Shown here: positions 28,001 to 44,333 of the stretch, piece after piece
Position numbering within the stretch: the stretch's first letter is position 1
How the letters are laid out: every line of letters starts with the position of its first letter
DNA from: Acidimicrobiia bacterium
GTDB lineage: Bacteria > Actinomycetota > Acidimicrobiia > Spongiisociales > SHLN01
NCBI GenBank assembly: GCA_013002865.1
Contig: JABDLU010000081.1
Coordinates: 1 to 56,159 of the forward strand
Length of the DNA: 56,159 nt
Direction of reading: 5' to 3'
Notes under the pieces: generated by a model
What the model saw: the letters and a program-made list of their open reading frames with translations, nothing else
What the model was told of the DNA's origin: nothing
Database searches by the model: none
Made by a program: the position numbers and the translations under genes

Positions 28001-31000
28001 TTGGCCCCTGCGCGTGTCGCCCAGCGTTTGTCCTTTGCCAAGATCCCCGAAGTCCAGCCCCTTCCCGACCTGCTGGCTACCCAACACGAGAGCTTCAACT
28101 GGTTTCTCGAGACCGGTCTCCAGGAGTTGTTCGATGAGGTCTTCCCGATCGAAGACTTCACCGGCAGCCTCGCGCTGGATCTGACCGATCACTGGTTCGC
28201 GGATCCCACCCTCTCCATCGAGGAAGCCAAAGAGCGGGACTCGAACTATTCGCGTCCCCTCTTCGTCACTGCCCGGTTCATGAATCGCCAAACCGGCGAG
28301 ATCAAAGAGCAGCAGGTGTTCCTGGGAGATTTCCCGATCATGACATCGAACGGGACCTTCATCGTCAACGGCACCGAGCGTGTCGTGGTGAGCCAACTGG
28401 TGCGGTCGCCGGGCGTCTACTTCGACGAAGTGGTCGACAAGACCTCGGACAAGGACCTCTACACCGCCAAGGTGATTCCTGGACGCGGCGCCTGGCTCGA
28501 GTTCGACACCGATAAGAAGGACACGGTCGGCGTGCGGGTTGATCGCAAGCGTCGCCAGCTGGTGACCACCTTCTTGCGGGCCCTTGAGATCGGCGAAAGC
28601 GACGAGGAGATCCTCGAGCTGTTTGACGGTGCCGAGTCGATCAAGAACACCCTTGAGAAAGACACCACCGAGGACCGCGACGAAGCGCTGCTCGACCTGT
28701 ATCGCAAGCTCCGCCCCGGTGAGCTGACCACGGTCGAATCGGCTCGTGGGCTGATCAACACCCTCTTTTACAACCCCAAGCGCTACGACCTCACCCGGGT
28801 TGGCCGGTACAAGCTGTCCGGCAAGTTCAGCCGTCCGGTGCTCGACACCAGCCAGTACAACAGCGAAGAGCACGGCCTGCTGTCGCGGGAAGACATCCTC
28901 GACACCATCCGCTACCTGGTTGCCCTGCACGAGGGCCGGGAGGGGTATCGGACCGACGACATCGACCACTTCGGCAACCGCCGCATTCGCACCGTCGGTG
29001 AGCTGATTCAGAACCAGGTTCGGGTCGGCCTCACCCGGCTGGAGCGGGTTGTCCGGGAGCGCATGACCACCCAGGACCCCGAGGTCATCACCCCGCAGAG
29101 CCTGATCAACATCCGGCCGGTTGTCGCCTCCATCAAGGAGTTCTTTGGTACCAGCCAGCTCAGCCAGTTCATGGACCAGCCGAATCCGCTCGCCGGATTG
29201 ACCCACCGCCGGCGCCTCTCAGCGCTCGGCCCGGGCGGGTTGTCCCGGGAGCGGGCCGGGTTCGAAGTGCGAGACGTGCACCCGTCCCACTACGGGCGGA
29301 TGTGCCCCATCGAGACTCCCGAGGGTCCCAACATTGGCCTCATCGGCTCGCTGGCCACCTACGCCAAGGTGAACCGGTTCGGGTTCATCGAGACCCCGTA
29401 CCGGCGGGTAGACAACGGTCGCGTCACAGCCCAGGTCGACTTCCTCACTGCCTCCGAGGAGGAGAACTTCGTCATCGCCCAGGCCAACGCCCCGCTCAAG
29501 GACAACGGCGACTTCGCCAATCCGCGGGTGCTGGTCCGCAAGACGGGCGGCGAGATCGAATATGTAAGCGCCAAGCAGGTCGACTACATGGACGTGTCGC
29601 CCAAGCAGATCGTCTCGGTTGCGACCGCCCTCATCCCCTTCCTCGAGCACGACGACGCCAATCGCGCCCTTATGGGCTCCAACATGATGCGCCAGGCCGT
29701 GCCGCTGCTTCGCGCCGAGGCTCCGCTGGTCGGTACCGGCGTCGAGCCCCGCGCCGCCTACGACTCCGGCGAGATGGTGGTGGCCGAAGGGGCCGGCGAG
29801 GTTGTAGAGATCACCGGCGACCACATTGTCGTCAAGGAATCATCCAACAACCGCAAGAAGACCTACAAACTGCGCAAGTTCGAACGCTCGAACCAGGGCA
29901 CCAACCTCAACCAGAAACCGGTCGTCACCGAAGGTGACAAGGTCAAGCAGGGCGACGTGCTCGCCGACGGGCCGTCGACCGATCTGGGCGAACTCGCCCT
30001 CGGCAAGAACCTGTTGGTGGCGTTCATGCCATGGAAGGGCCACAACTACGAGGACGCCATCGTGCTGTCGGAGCGTCTCGTCAGAGACGACGTGCTCACG
30101 TCGATCCACATCGAGGAGTACGAGATCGAAGCCCGCGACACCAAGCTGGGCGCCGAGGAAATCACCCGGGATATCCCCAACGTCGCCGAAGAGGTCCTGC
30201 GTGACCTCGATGACGAGGGGATCATTCGAGTCGGTGCCGAAGTCGGTCCCGGCGACTACCTGGTCGGAAAGGTCACCCCGAAAGGTGAGACCGAGCTGAC
30301 GCCCGAGGAGCGGCTGCTGCGAGCAATCTTCGGTGAGAAGGCTCGCGAGGTCCGGGACACGTCGCTCAAGATCCCCCACGGCGAAGGCGGCAAGGTCATC
30401 GATGTCAAGGTGTTCAGTCGGGAAGACGGAGACGATCTGCCACCCGGTATGAACGAACTGGTTCGGGTCTACGTTGCCCAGCAGCGCAAGATCTCCGAGG
30501 GTGACAAGCTGGCGGGACGCCACGGCAACAAGGGCGTCATCGCCAAGATCCTCCCCGAAGAAGACATGCCGTTCATGGCGGACGGGACGGCGGTGGACAT
30601 CGTGCTGTCGCCGCTCGGTGTTCCCTCCCGCATGAACCTCGGCCAGGTGCTTGAGACGCACCTCGGCTGGGCGGCGGCACGCGGCTGGTCTGAGTTCAAG
30701 ACCCCCAGCCCTGCCAACGGTGGAGCCAAGCCCTGGCAGCGCGTCGCCACGCCGGTGTTCGATGGTGCGCAGGAGAATGAGATTGCCGAGTTGCTTGCCA
30801 ACACCCTCGAAAACCGAGACGGCGTGAAACTCATCGACGAGGAGGGCAAGGCCCGCCTCATCGACGGGCGCGACGGCAAGCCATTCGACCAGCCTGTCAC
30901 CGTCGGCTACCTATACGTGCTGAAACTGCTCCACCTGGTGGACGACAAGATTCATGCTCGCTCAACCGGCCCGTATTCGATGATCACCCAGCAGCCGCTC

Positions 31001-31348
31001 GGTGGTAAGGCCCAGTTCGGTGGCCAGCGGTTCGGAGAGATGGAGGTGTGGGCGCTCGAAGCGTACGGCGCCGCCTACGCCCTGCAGGAGCTGCTGACGA
31101 TCAAGTCCGACGACGTCAACGGTCGTGTCAAGGTGTACGAGGCGATCGTCAAAGGCGAGAACATCCCCGAGCCGGGAATACCCGAGAGTTTCAAGGTATT
31201 GGTGAAGGAGATGCAATCGCTCTGCCTCAACGTCGAGATGCTCTCGGCCGGTGAGGAAGTCCAGCTCAAGGAGCTGGACGAAGACGTCTTCCGCACGGCC
31301 GAATCGCTTGGAATCGATATTTCCCGTCCTGAGCGGACCGAGGCGTAG
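28001..31348 (+). CDS. rpoB: RNA polymerase beta subunit
   Basis: TTG start after AGGAGG; [45 protein letters not shown]. Confidence 0.99.
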   Translation: MAPARVAQRLSFAKIPEVQPLPDLLATQHESFNWFLETGLQELFDEVFPIEDFTGSLALDLTDHWFADPTLSIEEAKERDSNYSRPLFVTARFMNRQTGEIKEQQVFLGDFPIMTSNGTFIVNGTERVVVSQLVRSPGVYFDEVVDKTSDKDLYTAKVIPGRGAWLEFDTDKKDTVGVRVDRKRRQLVTTFLRALEIGESDEEILELFDGAESIKNTLEKDTTEDRDEALLDLYRKLRPGELTTVESARGLINTLFYNPKRYDLTRVGRYKLSGKFSRPVLDTSQYNSEEHGLLSREDILDTIRYLVALHEGREGYRTDDIDHFGNRRIRTVGELIQNQVRVGLTRLERVVRERMTTQDPEVITPQSLINIRPVVASIKEFFGTSQLSQFMDQPNPLAGLTHRRRLSALGPGGLSRERAGFEVRDVHPSHYGRMCPIETPEGPNIGLIGSLATYAKVNRFGFIETPYRRVDNGRVTAQVDFLTASEEENFVIAQANAPLKDNGDFANPRVLVRKTGGEIEYVSAKQVDYMDVSPKQIVSVATALIPFLEHDDANRALMGSNMMRQAVPLLRAEAPLVGTGVEPRAAYDSGEMVVAEGAGEVVEITGDHIVVKESSNNRKKTYKLRKFERSNQGTNLNQKPVVTEGDKVKQGDVLADGPSTDLGELALGKNLLVAFMPWKGHNYEDAIVLSERLVRDDVLTSIHIEEYEIEARDTKLGAEEITRDIPNVAEEVLRDLDDEGIIRVGAEVGPGDYLVGKVTPKGETELTPEERLLRAIFGEKAREVRDTSLKIPHGEGGKVIDVKVFSREDGDDLPPGMNELVRVYVAQQRKISEGDKLAGRHGNKGVIAKILPEEDMPFMADGTAVDIVLSPLGVPSRMNLGQVLETHLGWAAARGWSEFKTPSPANGGAKPWQRVATPVFDGAQENEIAELLANTLENRDGVKLIDEEGKARLIDGRDGKPFDQPVTVGYLYVLKLLHLVDDKIHARSTGPYSMITQQPLGGKAQFGGQRFGEMEVWALEAYGAAYALQELLTIKSDDVNGRVKVYEAIVKGENIPEPGIPESFKVLVKEMQSLCLNVEMLSAGEEVQLKELDEDVFRTAESLGIDISRPERTEA

Positions 31349-31424
31349 GAACGAACACAGATGAGCCGCTGCGGCGGCTCGGAGATCTATTGCGAATCAG
31401 ACGAACTGAGATAAGGGGACCTGC

Positions 31425-35339
<3,915 letters not shown>

Positions 35340-35356
35340 CCCGCCCTGAATCGACT

Positions 35357-35390
35357 CAAGGCCCCCGCTGCGGCGGGGGCCTTGCTTGTT
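35357..35390 (+). terminator. Probable intrinsic terminator after rpoC
   Basis: CAAGGCCCCCGC-tgcg-GCGGGGGCCTTG 12-bp stem followed by CTTGTT. Confidence 0.7.
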
Positions 35391-35436
35391 GGCTGCTCGG
35401 GACCGGGAGTAGGTTCTGGGAACAGAGGAGGTCGCA

Positions 35437-36126
35437 GTGGAAGCAGTTGCCAACGGGGTGTATCAGGTCAAGAAGGGCTTCCGGTCATTTGTCATCGACG
35501 GTGATGAGGGCTTGACGCTGGTCGATACCGGCCTGCCTCGGCGGGCCGGCGCCGTCACCGCGGTGATCGATTCCATCGGGCGTTCGGTCGACGATGTGCG
35601 GGCCATCGTCCTCACCCACAGTCATATGGACCATGCCGGCAACGCCGCCGAGCTGAAACGCGCATCCGGCGCCGAGCTGTACTGCGCGCCGGGCGATGCG
35701 CCGGCGGTACAGGGTGACGAGGCAGCTCCGACGCCCCCCTTCATGGACCGCCCGCCGTTCGGCATGCTCAAACCGCTATTCGGCTTGATGCCGGCCGGCG
35801 AACCGGCTGGGGTCGACCACGAGGTCAATCCGGGAGTCGTGCTGACGCTCCCGGAGGATCTCGTCGCCGTTCCCACCCCCGGCCACACACCGGGGCACAC
35901 CAGCTACCGGCTCGACCGGGCGGGCGGAATCCTGTTCGTGGGGGACGCGGCCAGTCACCGGCGCGGGTCGGTCGCCCGCGGCTGGTTCAACCGGCCGACC
36001 CCTGCCATCGATGGATCCGTCCAGACCCTCGCCGAGCTCGAGTTCGCAATTGCGTGTTTCGGGCACGCCGACCCGCTCACGAGCCGGGCGAGCGCCGCCT
36101 TCCGGGAGTTCGCCCGGTCCTTGTAG
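35437..36126 (+). CDS. MBL-fold metallo-hydrolase
   Basis: LVDTG, THSHMDHAG (HxHxDH), TPGHTPGH, FVGD, FGH. Confidence 0.9.
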   Translation: MEAVANGVYQVKKGFRSFVIDGDEGLTLVDTGLPRRAGAVTAVIDSIGRSVDDVRAIVLTHSHMDHAGNAAELKRASGAELYCAPGDAPAVQGDEAAPTPPFMDRPPFGMLKPLFGLMPAGEPAGVDHEVNPGVVLTLPEDLVAVPTPGHTPGHTSYRLDRAGGILFVGDAASHRRGSVARGWFNRPTPAIDGSVQTLAELEFAIACFGHADPLTSRASAAFREFARSL

Positions 36127-36141
36127 CGGACGGCTGCTCGC

Positions 36142-36429
36142 TCACGAGCCCCGGTCGCATCTTCGACACAGCCACACGGTGCCGGTTGACACCATGCGCC
36201 GTCCGCATACGTGGCAGCGGTGCGTTTCGGCGGGGCCGATCCACACAGCACCCGCATCGTCCGGCCACGAGTGCGATACGACCGCGATCGCCAGCCCGGC
36301 GGTGACCGTCCCAACCATGATGGCGAACAGAAAGGCGGCCGCCTGCGCGTAGCCGGTGCCCGACTGGCTGAAACTCAGTGACAGGTAGGCTGCGGCCGCG
36401 CCGACCACACTGATCTCGAGGACCCGCAT
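36142..36429 (-). CDS. Small membrane protein with C-terminal zinc ribbon
   Basis: GGAGG SD; two hydrophobic helices, then CHVC...CRRC. Confidence 0.6.
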   Translation of the reverse strand: MRVLEISVVGAAAAYLSLSFSQSGTGYAQAAAFLFAIMVGTVTAGLAIAVVSHSWPDDAGAVWIGPAETHRCHVCGRRMVSTGTVWLCRRCDRGS

Positions 36430-36758
36430 GTCGCCTCCAGATTGGACATCTTCGAGCCGGGCATCAGGCCTACCCAGCCTCCTACAACCTACGGAGTTAC
36501 AGCCGCTGGCGCCAGGGTCGAACGTCCATGCCGTCAACCGGCGCCGGGGAGGCGTAACATCCGGTCATGGAACGTGATCGATCAGAGCTCGAAAAGGCCG
36601 AAAAGCACGTCGCCGACGATATTGAGGCTGCCATCCATCAGCCATCCAGTATCGAGGAAGAAGCGATGCTGGAGGCCGCCGAGATAGAAGAAGTCGAATC
36701 CGGCGAGGCGGACTAGATCCGACCGACAGAGTAGGTCGCGAAAACTCTGCCTGATCCT

Positions 36759-36788
36759 TTGCTACTTGGTGACGAAGCGTTCTATACT
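36759..36788 (+). promoter_or_regulatory. Putative str operon promoter
   Basis: TTGCTA-N18-TATACT, ~220 bp before rpsL. Confidence 0.55.
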
Positions 36789-37007
36789 CTCCGGTCCGCG
36801 GTAGCGCGTACGCGTCCGGTTCTAGAGGGTCCTCCAAGTTCCGACCAGCTTGCAGGACTGACCCACGGAAGACGGACCTCATAGGGTCGGCGGTTTTGCT
36901 CGCAGAGAGTGAAGCGCCGACTTTACGCGTGTCTGCGGAAGGTTTGAAACACACGGATTGCCGTGATCGAGCCGGGTCATCCCGGCGCCCGAGAGAGAGC
37001 AGAACGC

Positions 37008-37376
37008 ATGCCAACCATTCAGCAGCTGGTCCGACAGGGCCGGACGCCGAAGGGCAAAAAGGAAAAGACGCCCGGCCTGGGTGGCGCTCCCCAGCGCCGC
37101 GGAGTGTGCACGCGGGTCTATACCGTCACGCCGAAGAAGCCGAACTCGGCGCTTCGCAAGGTGTGTCGCGTGCGGCTCAGCTCCGGCGTCGAGGTCACCG
37201 CCTACATTCCCGGCGAGGGTCACAATCTTCAGGAGCACTCCATCGTGCTCGTCCGCGGCGGCCGTGTGAAGGATCTTCCCGGTATCCGCTACAAGGTCAT
37301 CCGGGGGGCGCTCGACGCCGCCGGCGTCACCGAGCGCAACCAGTCCCGGTCCCGCTACGGATCGAAGAAGGACTAG
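37008..37376 (+). CDS. rpsL: 30S ribosomal protein S12
   Basis: [28 protein letters not shown]. Confidence 0.99.
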   Translation: MPTIQQLVRQGRTPKGKKEKTPGLGGAPQRRGVCTRVYTVTPKKPNSALRKVCRVRLSSGVEVTAYIPGEGHNLQEHSIVLVRGGRVKDLPGIRYKVIRGALDAAGVTERNQSRSRYGSKKD

Positions 37377-37378
37377 CC

Positions 37379-37846
37379 ATGCGCCGCTCTGCCGCTGAAG
37401 TTCGCAAGGTCAGCCCCGATCCCGTGTACGGGTCGGTGCTGGTGAGCCAGGTCGTCAACAAGGTGCTCTGGAAGGGCAAGAAGGAGTTGTCGCGCAAAAT
37501 CGTGTACGACGCCCTCAGCCTGGTGGAGCGCCGCCGAGGTGATGACCCGCTCATCACCCTCAAGCGTGCCATCGACAACATCCGCCCATCGGTCGAGGTC
37601 CGGTCCCGCCGGGTGGGTGGCTCCTCCTATCAGGTGCCCGTCGAGGTGCGGCCGCGTCGCGCCAACACCCTGGCCGTTCGCTGGCTCGTCGAGTTCGCCC
37701 GCAAGCGGCGTGAGAACACGATGTCCGAACGGCTCGCCAACGAGATCCTCGACGCTGCCGACAACACCGGCTCGGCCGTGAAGCGCCGTGACGATATCCA
37801 CAAGATGGCAGAGTCCAACAAGGCCTTTGCCCACTACCGCTGGTAA
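37379..37846 (+). CDS. rpsG: 30S ribosomal protein S7
   Basis: [29 protein letters not shown]. Confidence 0.98.
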   Translation: MRRSAAEVRKVSPDPVYGSVLVSQVVNKVLWKGKKELSRKIVYDALSLVERRRGDDPLITLKRAIDNIRPSVEVRSRRVGGSSYQVPVEVRPRRANTLAVRWLVEFARKRRENTMSERLANEILDAADNTGSAVKRRDDIHKMAESNKAFAHYRW

Positions 37847-37851
37847 CCACC

Positions 37852-39942
37852 ATGGCGAAGCGTCCCTACCCCCTCGAGAAGGTCCGAAACATCGGGATCA
37901 TGGCGCATATCGACGCGGGCAAGACCACCACCACCGAGCGGATCCTCTACTACACCGGCCGGACCTACAAGATCGGCGAGGTGCATGAGGGCGCCGCCGT
38001 CATGGACTGGATGGAGCAGGAGCAGGAACGGGGCATCACCATCACCTCCGCGGCCACCACGGCGAAGTGGAAAGACAAGTGGATCAACATCATCGACACG
38101 CCCGGCCATGTCGATTTCACCGTCGAGGTTGAGCGGTCGTTGCGCGTGCTCGACGGCGCCGTTGCCGTGTTCGACGGGGTGGCCGGTGTCGAGCCTCAGT
38201 CGGAGACTGTATGGCGCCAGGCAGACAAATACCGCGTGCCCCGGATCTGCTTCGTCAACAAGATGGACCGCACCGGGGCTGATTTTTTTGCCGCCGTCGA
38301 GTCGATCAAGGAGCGATTGGATGCCAAACCGGTTGTGATCCAGCTCCCCATCGGGTCGGAAGCCGATTTTGCCGGAGTCATCGACCTCGTGCGCATGAAG
38401 GCGCTCGTTTGGAAGAACGAGGACCTCGGAGCCGAGTGGGACGAGCTGGAGATTCCGGCCGAGTACGAAGAGCAGGCGCGCCAGTACCACGCCGACCTCA
38501 TGGAAGCCGTAGCCGAGACCGACGACACCCTTCTCACCCGATACATCGAGGAGGGTTTCCTTTCGGAGGCCGACCTGATGGAAGGGCTCCGGTTGGGAAC
38601 GATCGGGCTCGAGTTCACGCCCGTCCTGTGCGGCAGCGCCTTCAAGAACAAGGGCGTCCAGCCGCTACTCGACGCCGTTGTCGACCTGCTGCCGCATCCC
38701 CAGGAGATCCCGCCCATTCAGGGATTCAAGCCTGGAGACGAAGACGAAATCCTCGAGCGCAAGCCGAGCGACGACGAGCCGTTCTCCGCCATTGCGTTCA
38801 AGATCATGAGCGACCCTTACGTCGGCAAGCTCACCTACTTCCGGGTCTACTCGGGCGCGATAGAGAAGGGCGACACGGTCGCCAACAGCACCAGCGGCAA
38901 GAAGGAGCGCTTCGGACGGCTGCTTCGCATGCACGCCGCCACCCAGGAGGACATCGACGCCGTGTTCACCGGTGACATCGTCGCCGCCATCGGCCTCAAG
39001 AACACCAAGACGGGCGACACCTTGTGCGACCCACAGAAGCCGGTCGTGCTCGAGTCGATGACGTTCCCCGAGCCGGTCATCTCGGTGGCCATCGAGCCGA
39101 AGACCAAGGGCGACCAGGAGAAGCTCGGTGAGGCGCTGCAGCGTCTCGCGGAGGAAGACCCGACCTTCGTGGTTCGCTCCGATGACGAAACCGGCCAGAC
39201 GATCATCTCCGGCATGGGTGAGCTGCACCTCGACGTGCTGGTCGACCGGATGGTACGCGAGTTCAACGTAGGCGCCAACGTCGGCCGCCCCCAGGTTGCC
39301 TACAGGGAGACCATCAAGAACGGGGTCGAGAAGATCGACGGCAAGTACGTCAAGCAATCGGGTGGCAAGGGCCAGTACGGCCACGCCGTGATCAACCTCG
39401 AGCCGGCCCTCCCCGGCGAAGGTTTTGAGTTCATCGACAAGATCACCGGCGGTCGTGTGCCGCGCGAGTACATCCCGGCGGTCGAAAAGGGCATTCGAGA
39501 TGCGCTGGAAGGTGGCGTGCTTGCCGGCTATCCGCTGGTCGACCTCCGGGCTACGCTCGTTGACGGCTCGTTCCATGCGGTCGACTCAAACGAAATGGCG
39601 TTCCGGATCGCCGGCTCCATGGCGCTCCAGGCCGCTGCCAAGCGGGCCGGCATCAAGCTGCTCGAGCCGGTGATGGAAGTCGAGGTGGTCACCCCTGAGG
39701 ACTACATGGGCGACGTCATCGGCGACCTGTCGGCGAGACGCGGCAAGATCGAGAGCATGGATCAGCGGGGCAACGCCCGGGTCGTAACGGCCCTGGTTCC
39801 GCTCTCGGAGATGTTCGGGTACGCCACCGACCTGCGGTCCCAGACTCAGGGCCGGGCCGCCTACAGCATGCAGTTTCATTCGTATCAGGAAGTTCCAAAC
39901 ACGATCGCTGAGGAAATCGTCAAGAAGACCCGCGGCGAATAG
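37852..39942 (+). CDS. fusA: Elongation factor G
   Basis: [29 protein letters not shown]. Confidence 0.99.
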   Translation: MAKRPYPLEKVRNIGIMAHIDAGKTTTTERILYYTGRTYKIGEVHEGAAVMDWMEQEQERGITITSAATTAKWKDKWINIIDTPGHVDFTVEVERSLRVLDGAVAVFDGVAGVEPQSETVWRQADKYRVPRICFVNKMDRTGADFFAAVESIKERLDAKPVVIQLPIGSEADFAGVIDLVRMKALVWKNEDLGAEWDELEIPAEYEEQARQYHADLMEAVAETDDTLLTRYIEEGFLSEADLMEGLRLGTIGLEFTPVLCGSAFKNKGVQPLLDAVVDLLPHPQEIPPIQGFKPGDEDEILERKPSDDEPFSAIAFKIMSDPYVGKLTYFRVYSGAIEKGDTVANSTSGKKERFGRLLRMHAATQEDIDAVFTGDIVAAIGLKNTKTGDTLCDPQKPVVLESMTFPEPVISVAIEPKTKGDQEKLGEALQRLAEEDPTFVVRSDDETGQTIISGMGELHLDVLVDRMVREFNVGANVGRPQVAYRETIKNGVEKIDGKYVKQSGGKGQYGHAVINLEPALPGEGFEFIDKITGGRVPREYIPAVEKGIRDALEGGVLAGYPLVDLRATLVDGSFHAVDSNEMAFRIAGSMALQAAAKRAGIKLLEPVMEVEVVTPEDYMGDVIGDLSARRGKIESMDQRGNARVVTALVPLSEMFGYATDLRSQTQGRAAYSMQFHSYQEVPNTIAEEIVKKTRGE

Positions 39943-39961
39943 GTAGAGGGAGAGAAGGGCA

Positions 39962-41149
39962 ATGGCAAAGGAAAAGTTCGAGAGGACGAAACCCCACGTA
40001 AACGTCGGAACCATGGGGCACATCGACCATGGCAAGACGACGTTGACTGCCGCCATCACCAAGGTGCTGGCCGAGAAGGGCGGGGGAAGTGTCTTCACCG
40101 CCTTCGACGAGATCGACAAGGCCCCGGAAGAAAAAGAACGCGGCATCACCATTGCGATTGCCCACGTAGAGTACGAGACCGACAACCGTCACTACGCCCA
40201 CGTCGACATGCCCGGTCACGCCGACTACGTAAAAAACATGATCACCGGCGCCGCCCAGGTCGACGGTGCCATCCTTGTCGTCTCCGCCGCCGACGGGCCC
40301 ATGCCCCAGACTCGTGAGCACGTGCTGCTTGCCCGCCAGGTCGGGGTGCCTGCCATCGTCGTGTTCCTCAACAAGGTCGACATGGTGGACGACGAAGAGC
40401 TCCTCGACCTCGTCGAACTGGAGGTCCGTGAGCTCCTCAGCGAGTACGAGTTCCCCGGCGACGACATTCCCGTCATCCGCGGTTCGGCGCTCAAGGCTCT
40501 CGAAGGCGACGAGGAGGCCGCCGGCCAGATCATGGAGCTGATGGAAGCCGTCGACAGCTACATCGAGCAGCCGGTGCGTGATAAGGACAAGCCGTTCCAG
40601 ATGCCGATCGAGGACGTGTTCTCGATCACCGGGCGCGGCACCGTCGTCACCGGCCGGGTCGAGCAGGGCACCCTGGACATCAACACCGAGGTCGAGATCG
40701 TGGGCATCCGGCCCACCACCAAGACCACGGTTACCGGTGTTGAGATGTTCCGCAAGCTGCTCGACCGCGCCGAAGCCGGCGACAATGTCGGCTTGCTGCT
40801 GCGCGGTACCGGGAAGGACGATGTCGAGCGCGGGCAGGTCATCTGCCAGCCGGGCTCGATCACGCCCCACACCAGGTTCGAGGCCCAGGTCTACGTCCTC
40901 ACCAAGGACGAGGGCGGGCGCCACAATCCGTTCTTCAGCGGCTACCGGCCCCAGTTTTACTTCCGTACCACGGACGTGACGGGCAACGTGACGCTGCCGG
41001 AAGGCAACGAGATGGTCATGCCCGGCGACAACACCGAGATGACCGTCGAGCTCATCGCTCCCATCGCCATGGACGAGGGCCTGCGCTTCGCCATTCGCGA
41101 GGGTGGCCGCACCGTCGGTGCCGGTCGCGTCACCAAGATCCTCGAGTAG
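39962..41149 (+). CDS. tuf: Elongation factor Tu
   Basis: [31 protein letters not shown]. Confidence 0.99.
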   Translation: MAKEKFERTKPHVNVGTMGHIDHGKTTLTAAITKVLAEKGGGSVFTAFDEIDKAPEEKERGITIAIAHVEYETDNRHYAHVDMPGHADYVKNMITGAAQVDGAILVVSAADGPMPQTREHVLLARQVGVPAIVVFLNKVDMVDDEELLDLVELEVRELLSEYEFPGDDIPVIRGSALKALEGDEEAAGQIMELMEAVDSYIEQPVRDKDKPFQMPIEDVFSITGRGTVVTGRVEQGTLDINTEVEIVGIRPTTKTTVTGVEMFRKLLDRAEAGDNVGLLLRGTGKDDVERGQVICQPGSITPHTRFEAQVYVLTKDEGGRHNPFFSGYRPQFYFRTTDVTGNVTLPEGNEMVMPGDNTEMTVELIAPIAMDEGLRFAIREGGRTVGAGRVTKILE

Positions 41150-41171
41150 TTCACAAACAGATAGGCACATA

Positions 41172-41483
41172 GTGGCAACCGGTCAAAAGATTCGCATTCG
41201 CCTAAAGGCGTACGACCACGAAGTGGTCGACGAGTCGGCGCGCAAAATCGCCGAAACGGTGGTGCGCACCCAGGCGAAGATCAAAGGACCGGTGCCGCTG
41301 CCTACCCAGATTCACCGGTACTGCGTCATTCGCGGTCCGCACGTCGACAAGGACTCCCGGGAGCATTTCGAGATGAGGATCCACAAGCGTCTCATCGACA
41401 TCCTGGAGCCGACCGCCAAAACGGTCGACTCGCTGATGCGGCTCGACTTGCCCGCCGGGGTGGAAGTCGAGATCAAGCTATGA
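41172..41483 (+). CDS. rpsJ: 30S ribosomal protein S10
   Basis: GTG start; [26 protein letters not shown]. Confidence 0.98.
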   Translation: MATGQKIRIRLKAYDHEVVDESARKIAETVVRTQAKIKGPVPLPTQIHRYCVIRGPHVDKDSREHFEMRIHKRLIDILEPTAKTVDSLMRLDLPAGVEVEIKL

Positions 41484-42118
41484 ACGCGCTGATCGGCGAG
41501 AAGCTGGGCATGACCCAGCTGTTTGACGAGGAGTCCCGGACGATCCCGGTGACCGTCGTCAAGCTGGGCCCGTGCCGCGTGGTGCAGGTCAAGACCGCCG
41601 AAACCGATGGCTACGACGCCATTCAGATCTCCTACCGGGAGCTCGACGCCCGCAAGGTCAACAAGCCGATGGCCGGCCATTTCGCCAAGGCGAATGTGCC
41701 GCCGTCCCGTCACCTCATCGAGGTGCGGGTGCCGGATGCGTCCGAGTACCAGGTTGGTCAGGAGATCAATGTGGCCGACGTGCTCGAAGTCGGTCAAAAG
41801 GCCGACGTGGCCGGTCTCAGCAAGGGCAAAGGATTTGCCGGCGTCATGAAGCGCCACAACTTTGCCGGCCAGCAGGCCAGCCACGGTGTGCACCGGGTGC
41901 ATCGTGCCCCCGGGGCGATCGGCGCATGCGCCACCCCGGCCCGGGTGTTCAAAGGGATGCCCATGGCCGGCCGGATGGGAAATGAGAAGACGACGGTCAT
42001 GAACCTCGACATCGTCAAAGTCGATGCCGAGCGCGGCCTCGCCATGCTGCGGGGCTCCGTTCCGGGCAATAAGGGGTCTGTGGTGGTCGTGCGCAAGGCG
42101 GTGAAGGCCGGTGGCTGA
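41480..42118 (+). CDS. rplC: 50S ribosomal protein L3
   Basis: [25 protein letters not shown]. Confidence 0.98.
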   Translation: MNALIGEKLGMTQLFDEESRTIPVTVVKLGPCRVVQVKTAETDGYDAIQISYRELDARKVNKPMAGHFAKANVPPSRHLIEVRVPDASEYQVGQEINVADVLEVGQKADVAGLSKGKGFAGVMKRHNFAGQQASHGVHRVHRAPGAIGACATPARVFKGMPMAGRMGNEKTTVMNLDIVKVDAERGLAMLRGSVPGNKGSVVVVRKAVKAGG

Positions 42119-42920
42119 CAAGCTGACCGCTCCGCTGTACGCCGCCGACGGCACCGCCAAAGGTGACGTGTCGCTCGACGCTGCGATCTTCGGGATCGAG
42201 CCGAACGTGTCGGTCATGCATCAGGTGGTGACCGCACAGCTGGCAGCCGCCCGCGCCGGAACCCACAGCACCAAGACCCGCGCCGAAGTGCGAGGCGGGG
42301 GCCGCAAGCCGTGGCGTCAGAAGGGTCTCGGACGTGCCCGGCACGGATCGATCCGCAGCCCGTCCTGGACCGGTGGTGGCGTTGCCCACGGGCCCAAGCC
42401 GCGCGACTACTCGCAGCGGACCCCCAAGAAGATGAAGCAGCTGGCGCTCCGGTCGGCTCTCTCGGCGCGCGCCGCCGATGGCCAGATCCGGGTCGTCGAG
42501 GCGTTCGACTGGGATGGGCCCAAGACCAGGAAGGCCGCCGATCTTCTCAAGGCGATGGAGTCGGGGTCAAAGGTCCTGGTCGTTGTCGATCGGACCGACA
42601 CCGTGGCCAATCGGTCTCTGCGCAACCTCGAGAACGTCATCGTCAACGGCCAGGTCAACCCGTACGACGTGCTGTGGGCCGACACCGTGGTCTTCACGAG
42701 CGCCACCCTCGACGCCGTCACCGGCGCCAGTGACTACTCGGTCGGAGACGAGGATTTTGTCAAGGAGGATGCCGGTCGCCAGTCGCCGGTCGCCGGCAAA
42801 GAAGTCCCCAGTTCCCCGACCCCAGACCCCAGCGAAGATTCTGAGCCGACTGCTGACAGCCGACAGCCGACAGCTGACTCCGACGAGGCAGCGTCAGCTG
42901 CCGAGGAGGAGTCCACGTGA
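42111..42920 (+). CDS. rplD: 50S ribosomal protein L4 with repeat-derived C-terminal extension
   Basis: [28 protein letters not shown]. Confidence 0.98.
   Translation: MADKLTAPLYAADGTAKGDVSLDAAIFGIEPNVSVMHQVVTAQLAAARAGTHSTKTRAEVRGGGRKPWRQKGLGRARHGSIRSPSWTGGGVAHGPKPRDYSQRTPKKMKQLALRSALSARAADGQIRVVEAFDWDGPKTRKAADLLKAMESGSKVLVVVDRTDTVANRSLRNLENVIVNGQVNPYDVLWADTVVFTSATLDAVTGASDYSVGDEDFVKEDAGRQSPVAGKEVPSSPTPDPSEDSEPTADSRQPTADSDEAASAAEEEST
42774..42878. repeat. Heptamer arrays inside the rplD 3' end: RGTCGCC x3, AGTCCCC/AGACCCC x4, WGCYGAC x5
   Basis: Same unit families as the intergenic arrays. Confidence 0.85.
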
Positions 42921-43204
42921 AGAACCCTCGCGACATCATCATCGAGCCGGTCGTGTCGGAGAAGGCCTACGACGGCATCGACATGCTCAACGCTTACACC
43001 TTCCTCGTTGACAAGCGTGCCAACAAGACCGAGATCCGCCATGCCATCGAAGAGATCTTCGAGGTCAAAGTTCGGCGGGTCAACACGATCAACCGCAAGG
43101 GCAAGAACCGCCGCTACGGATACAAGGTCGGCAGGCGCCCCGACACCAAGCGCGCCGTCGTCACGCTGGCCGACGGCGATTCGATCGACATTTTCGAGGT
43201 ATAG
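42917..43204 (+). CDS. rplW: 50S ribosomal protein L23
   Basis: PVVSEKA, ANKTEI, KRAVVTL. Confidence 0.97.
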   Translation: MKNPRDIIIEPVVSEKAYDGIDMLNAYTFLVDKRANKTEIRHAIEEIFEVKVRRVNTINRKGKNRRYGYKVGRRPDTKRAVVTLADGDSIDIFEV

Positions 43205-43211
43205 GACCGTC

Positions 43212-44045
43212 ATGCCCACCAAGCGATACAAGCCAACATCACCGGGCCGCCGGTTCCAGACGGTATCCGACTTCGCCCAGATCACCACGTCCAAGCCCGA
43301 GAAGAGCTTGCTCGAGCCCAAGAAGCGCTCCAGCGGCCGCAACGTGCACGGGCGAATCACGTCGCGCCATCGGGGCGGCGGACACAAGCAGCGGTACCGG
43401 GTGGTTGACTTTCGTCGCAACAAGGACGGCATCCCCGCCACGGTGGCGAGCATCGAGTACGACCCAAACCGCAACGCCCGAATTGCTCTGCTCAACTACC
43501 ACGACGGTGAAAAGCGCTACATCCTTGCCCCCGTCGGCATCTCGGTGGGCACGGTGCTCGAGTCTGGTTCCGGCGTCGACATCCTGCCCGGCAATGCACT
43601 GCCCCTCCGGAATATTCCGGCCGGTACCACCGTGCACGCCATCGAATTGCGTCCCGGCGGCGGGGCCAAGCTGGCCCGCTCGGCCGGGACGGCCGTTCAG
43701 CTCGTCGCCAAGGAAGGCGACTTCGCCCTCCTGCGCCTCCCGTCCGGTGAGATGCGGAACGTGCCCCTCGATGCCAAGGCAACCGTCGGGCAGGTCGGCA
43801 ACCCCGAGGCCGAGCTGGTCAAGATCGGCAAAGCGGGCCGTAACCGGTGGAAGGGCAAGCGTCCGCAGTCGCGTGGCGTCGTCATGAACCCGGTCGACCA
43901 TCCGCTCGGTGGCGGCGAAGGCAAGAGCTCGGGTGGACGCCACCCGGTGAGCCCGTGGGGCAAGCCCGAGGGCCGCACCCGCAAGAAGAACAAAGAAAGC
44001 GACAAGTACATCGTGCGCCGTCGCTCCAAGAAGCGACGCAAGTAG
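43212..44045 (+). CDS. rplB: 50S ribosomal protein L2
   Basis: [26 protein letters not shown]. Confidence 0.98.
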   Translation: MPTKRYKPTSPGRRFQTVSDFAQITTSKPEKSLLEPKKRSSGRNVHGRITSRHRGGGHKQRYRVVDFRRNKDGIPATVASIEYDPNRNARIALLNYHDGEKRYILAPVGISVGTVLESGSGVDILPGNALPLRNIPAGTTVHAIELRPGGGAKLARSAGTAVQLVAKEGDFALLRLPSGEMRNVPLDAKATVGQVGNPEAELVKIGKAGRNRWKGKRPQSRGVVMNPVDHPLGGGEGKSSGGRHPVSPWGKPEGRTRKKNKESDKYIVRRRSKKRRK

Positions 44046-44054
44046 AGGACTGAC

Positions 44055-44333
44055 ATGGCGAGAAGCCTGAAAAAGGGCCCATTCGTTGACGACCACCTCA
44101 TCAAGAAGGTTGAGGAGATGAACTCGCGCAACGAGAAGCGGGTCATCCGAACCTGGAGCCGCCGCTCGACGATCTTCCCCGAAATGGTCGGACACACCAT
44201 TGCCGTCCACGACGGGCGCAAGCACGTGCCCGTGTATATCACCGAGTCCATGGTCGGCCACAAGCTCGGCGAGTTTGCGGCCACCCGCACCTTCCGGGGT
44301 CACGCCGCCGACAGCAAAGCGAGGCGTGGATGA
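44055..44333 (+). CDS. rpsS: 30S ribosomal protein S19
   Basis: [23 protein letters not shown]. Confidence 0.98.
   Translation: MARSLKKGPFVDDHLIKKVEEMNSRNEKRVIRTWSRRSTIFPEMVGHTIAVHDGRKHVPVYITESMVGHKLGEFAATRTFRGHAADSKARRG

Noticed and set aside
29140-29240. Possible rifampicin-resistance substitutions in RpoB ([16 protein letters not shown])
   Set aside because: The key Q, D, H and S positions are intact; the N-to-P and S-to-A changes cannot be tied to resistance from sequence alone.
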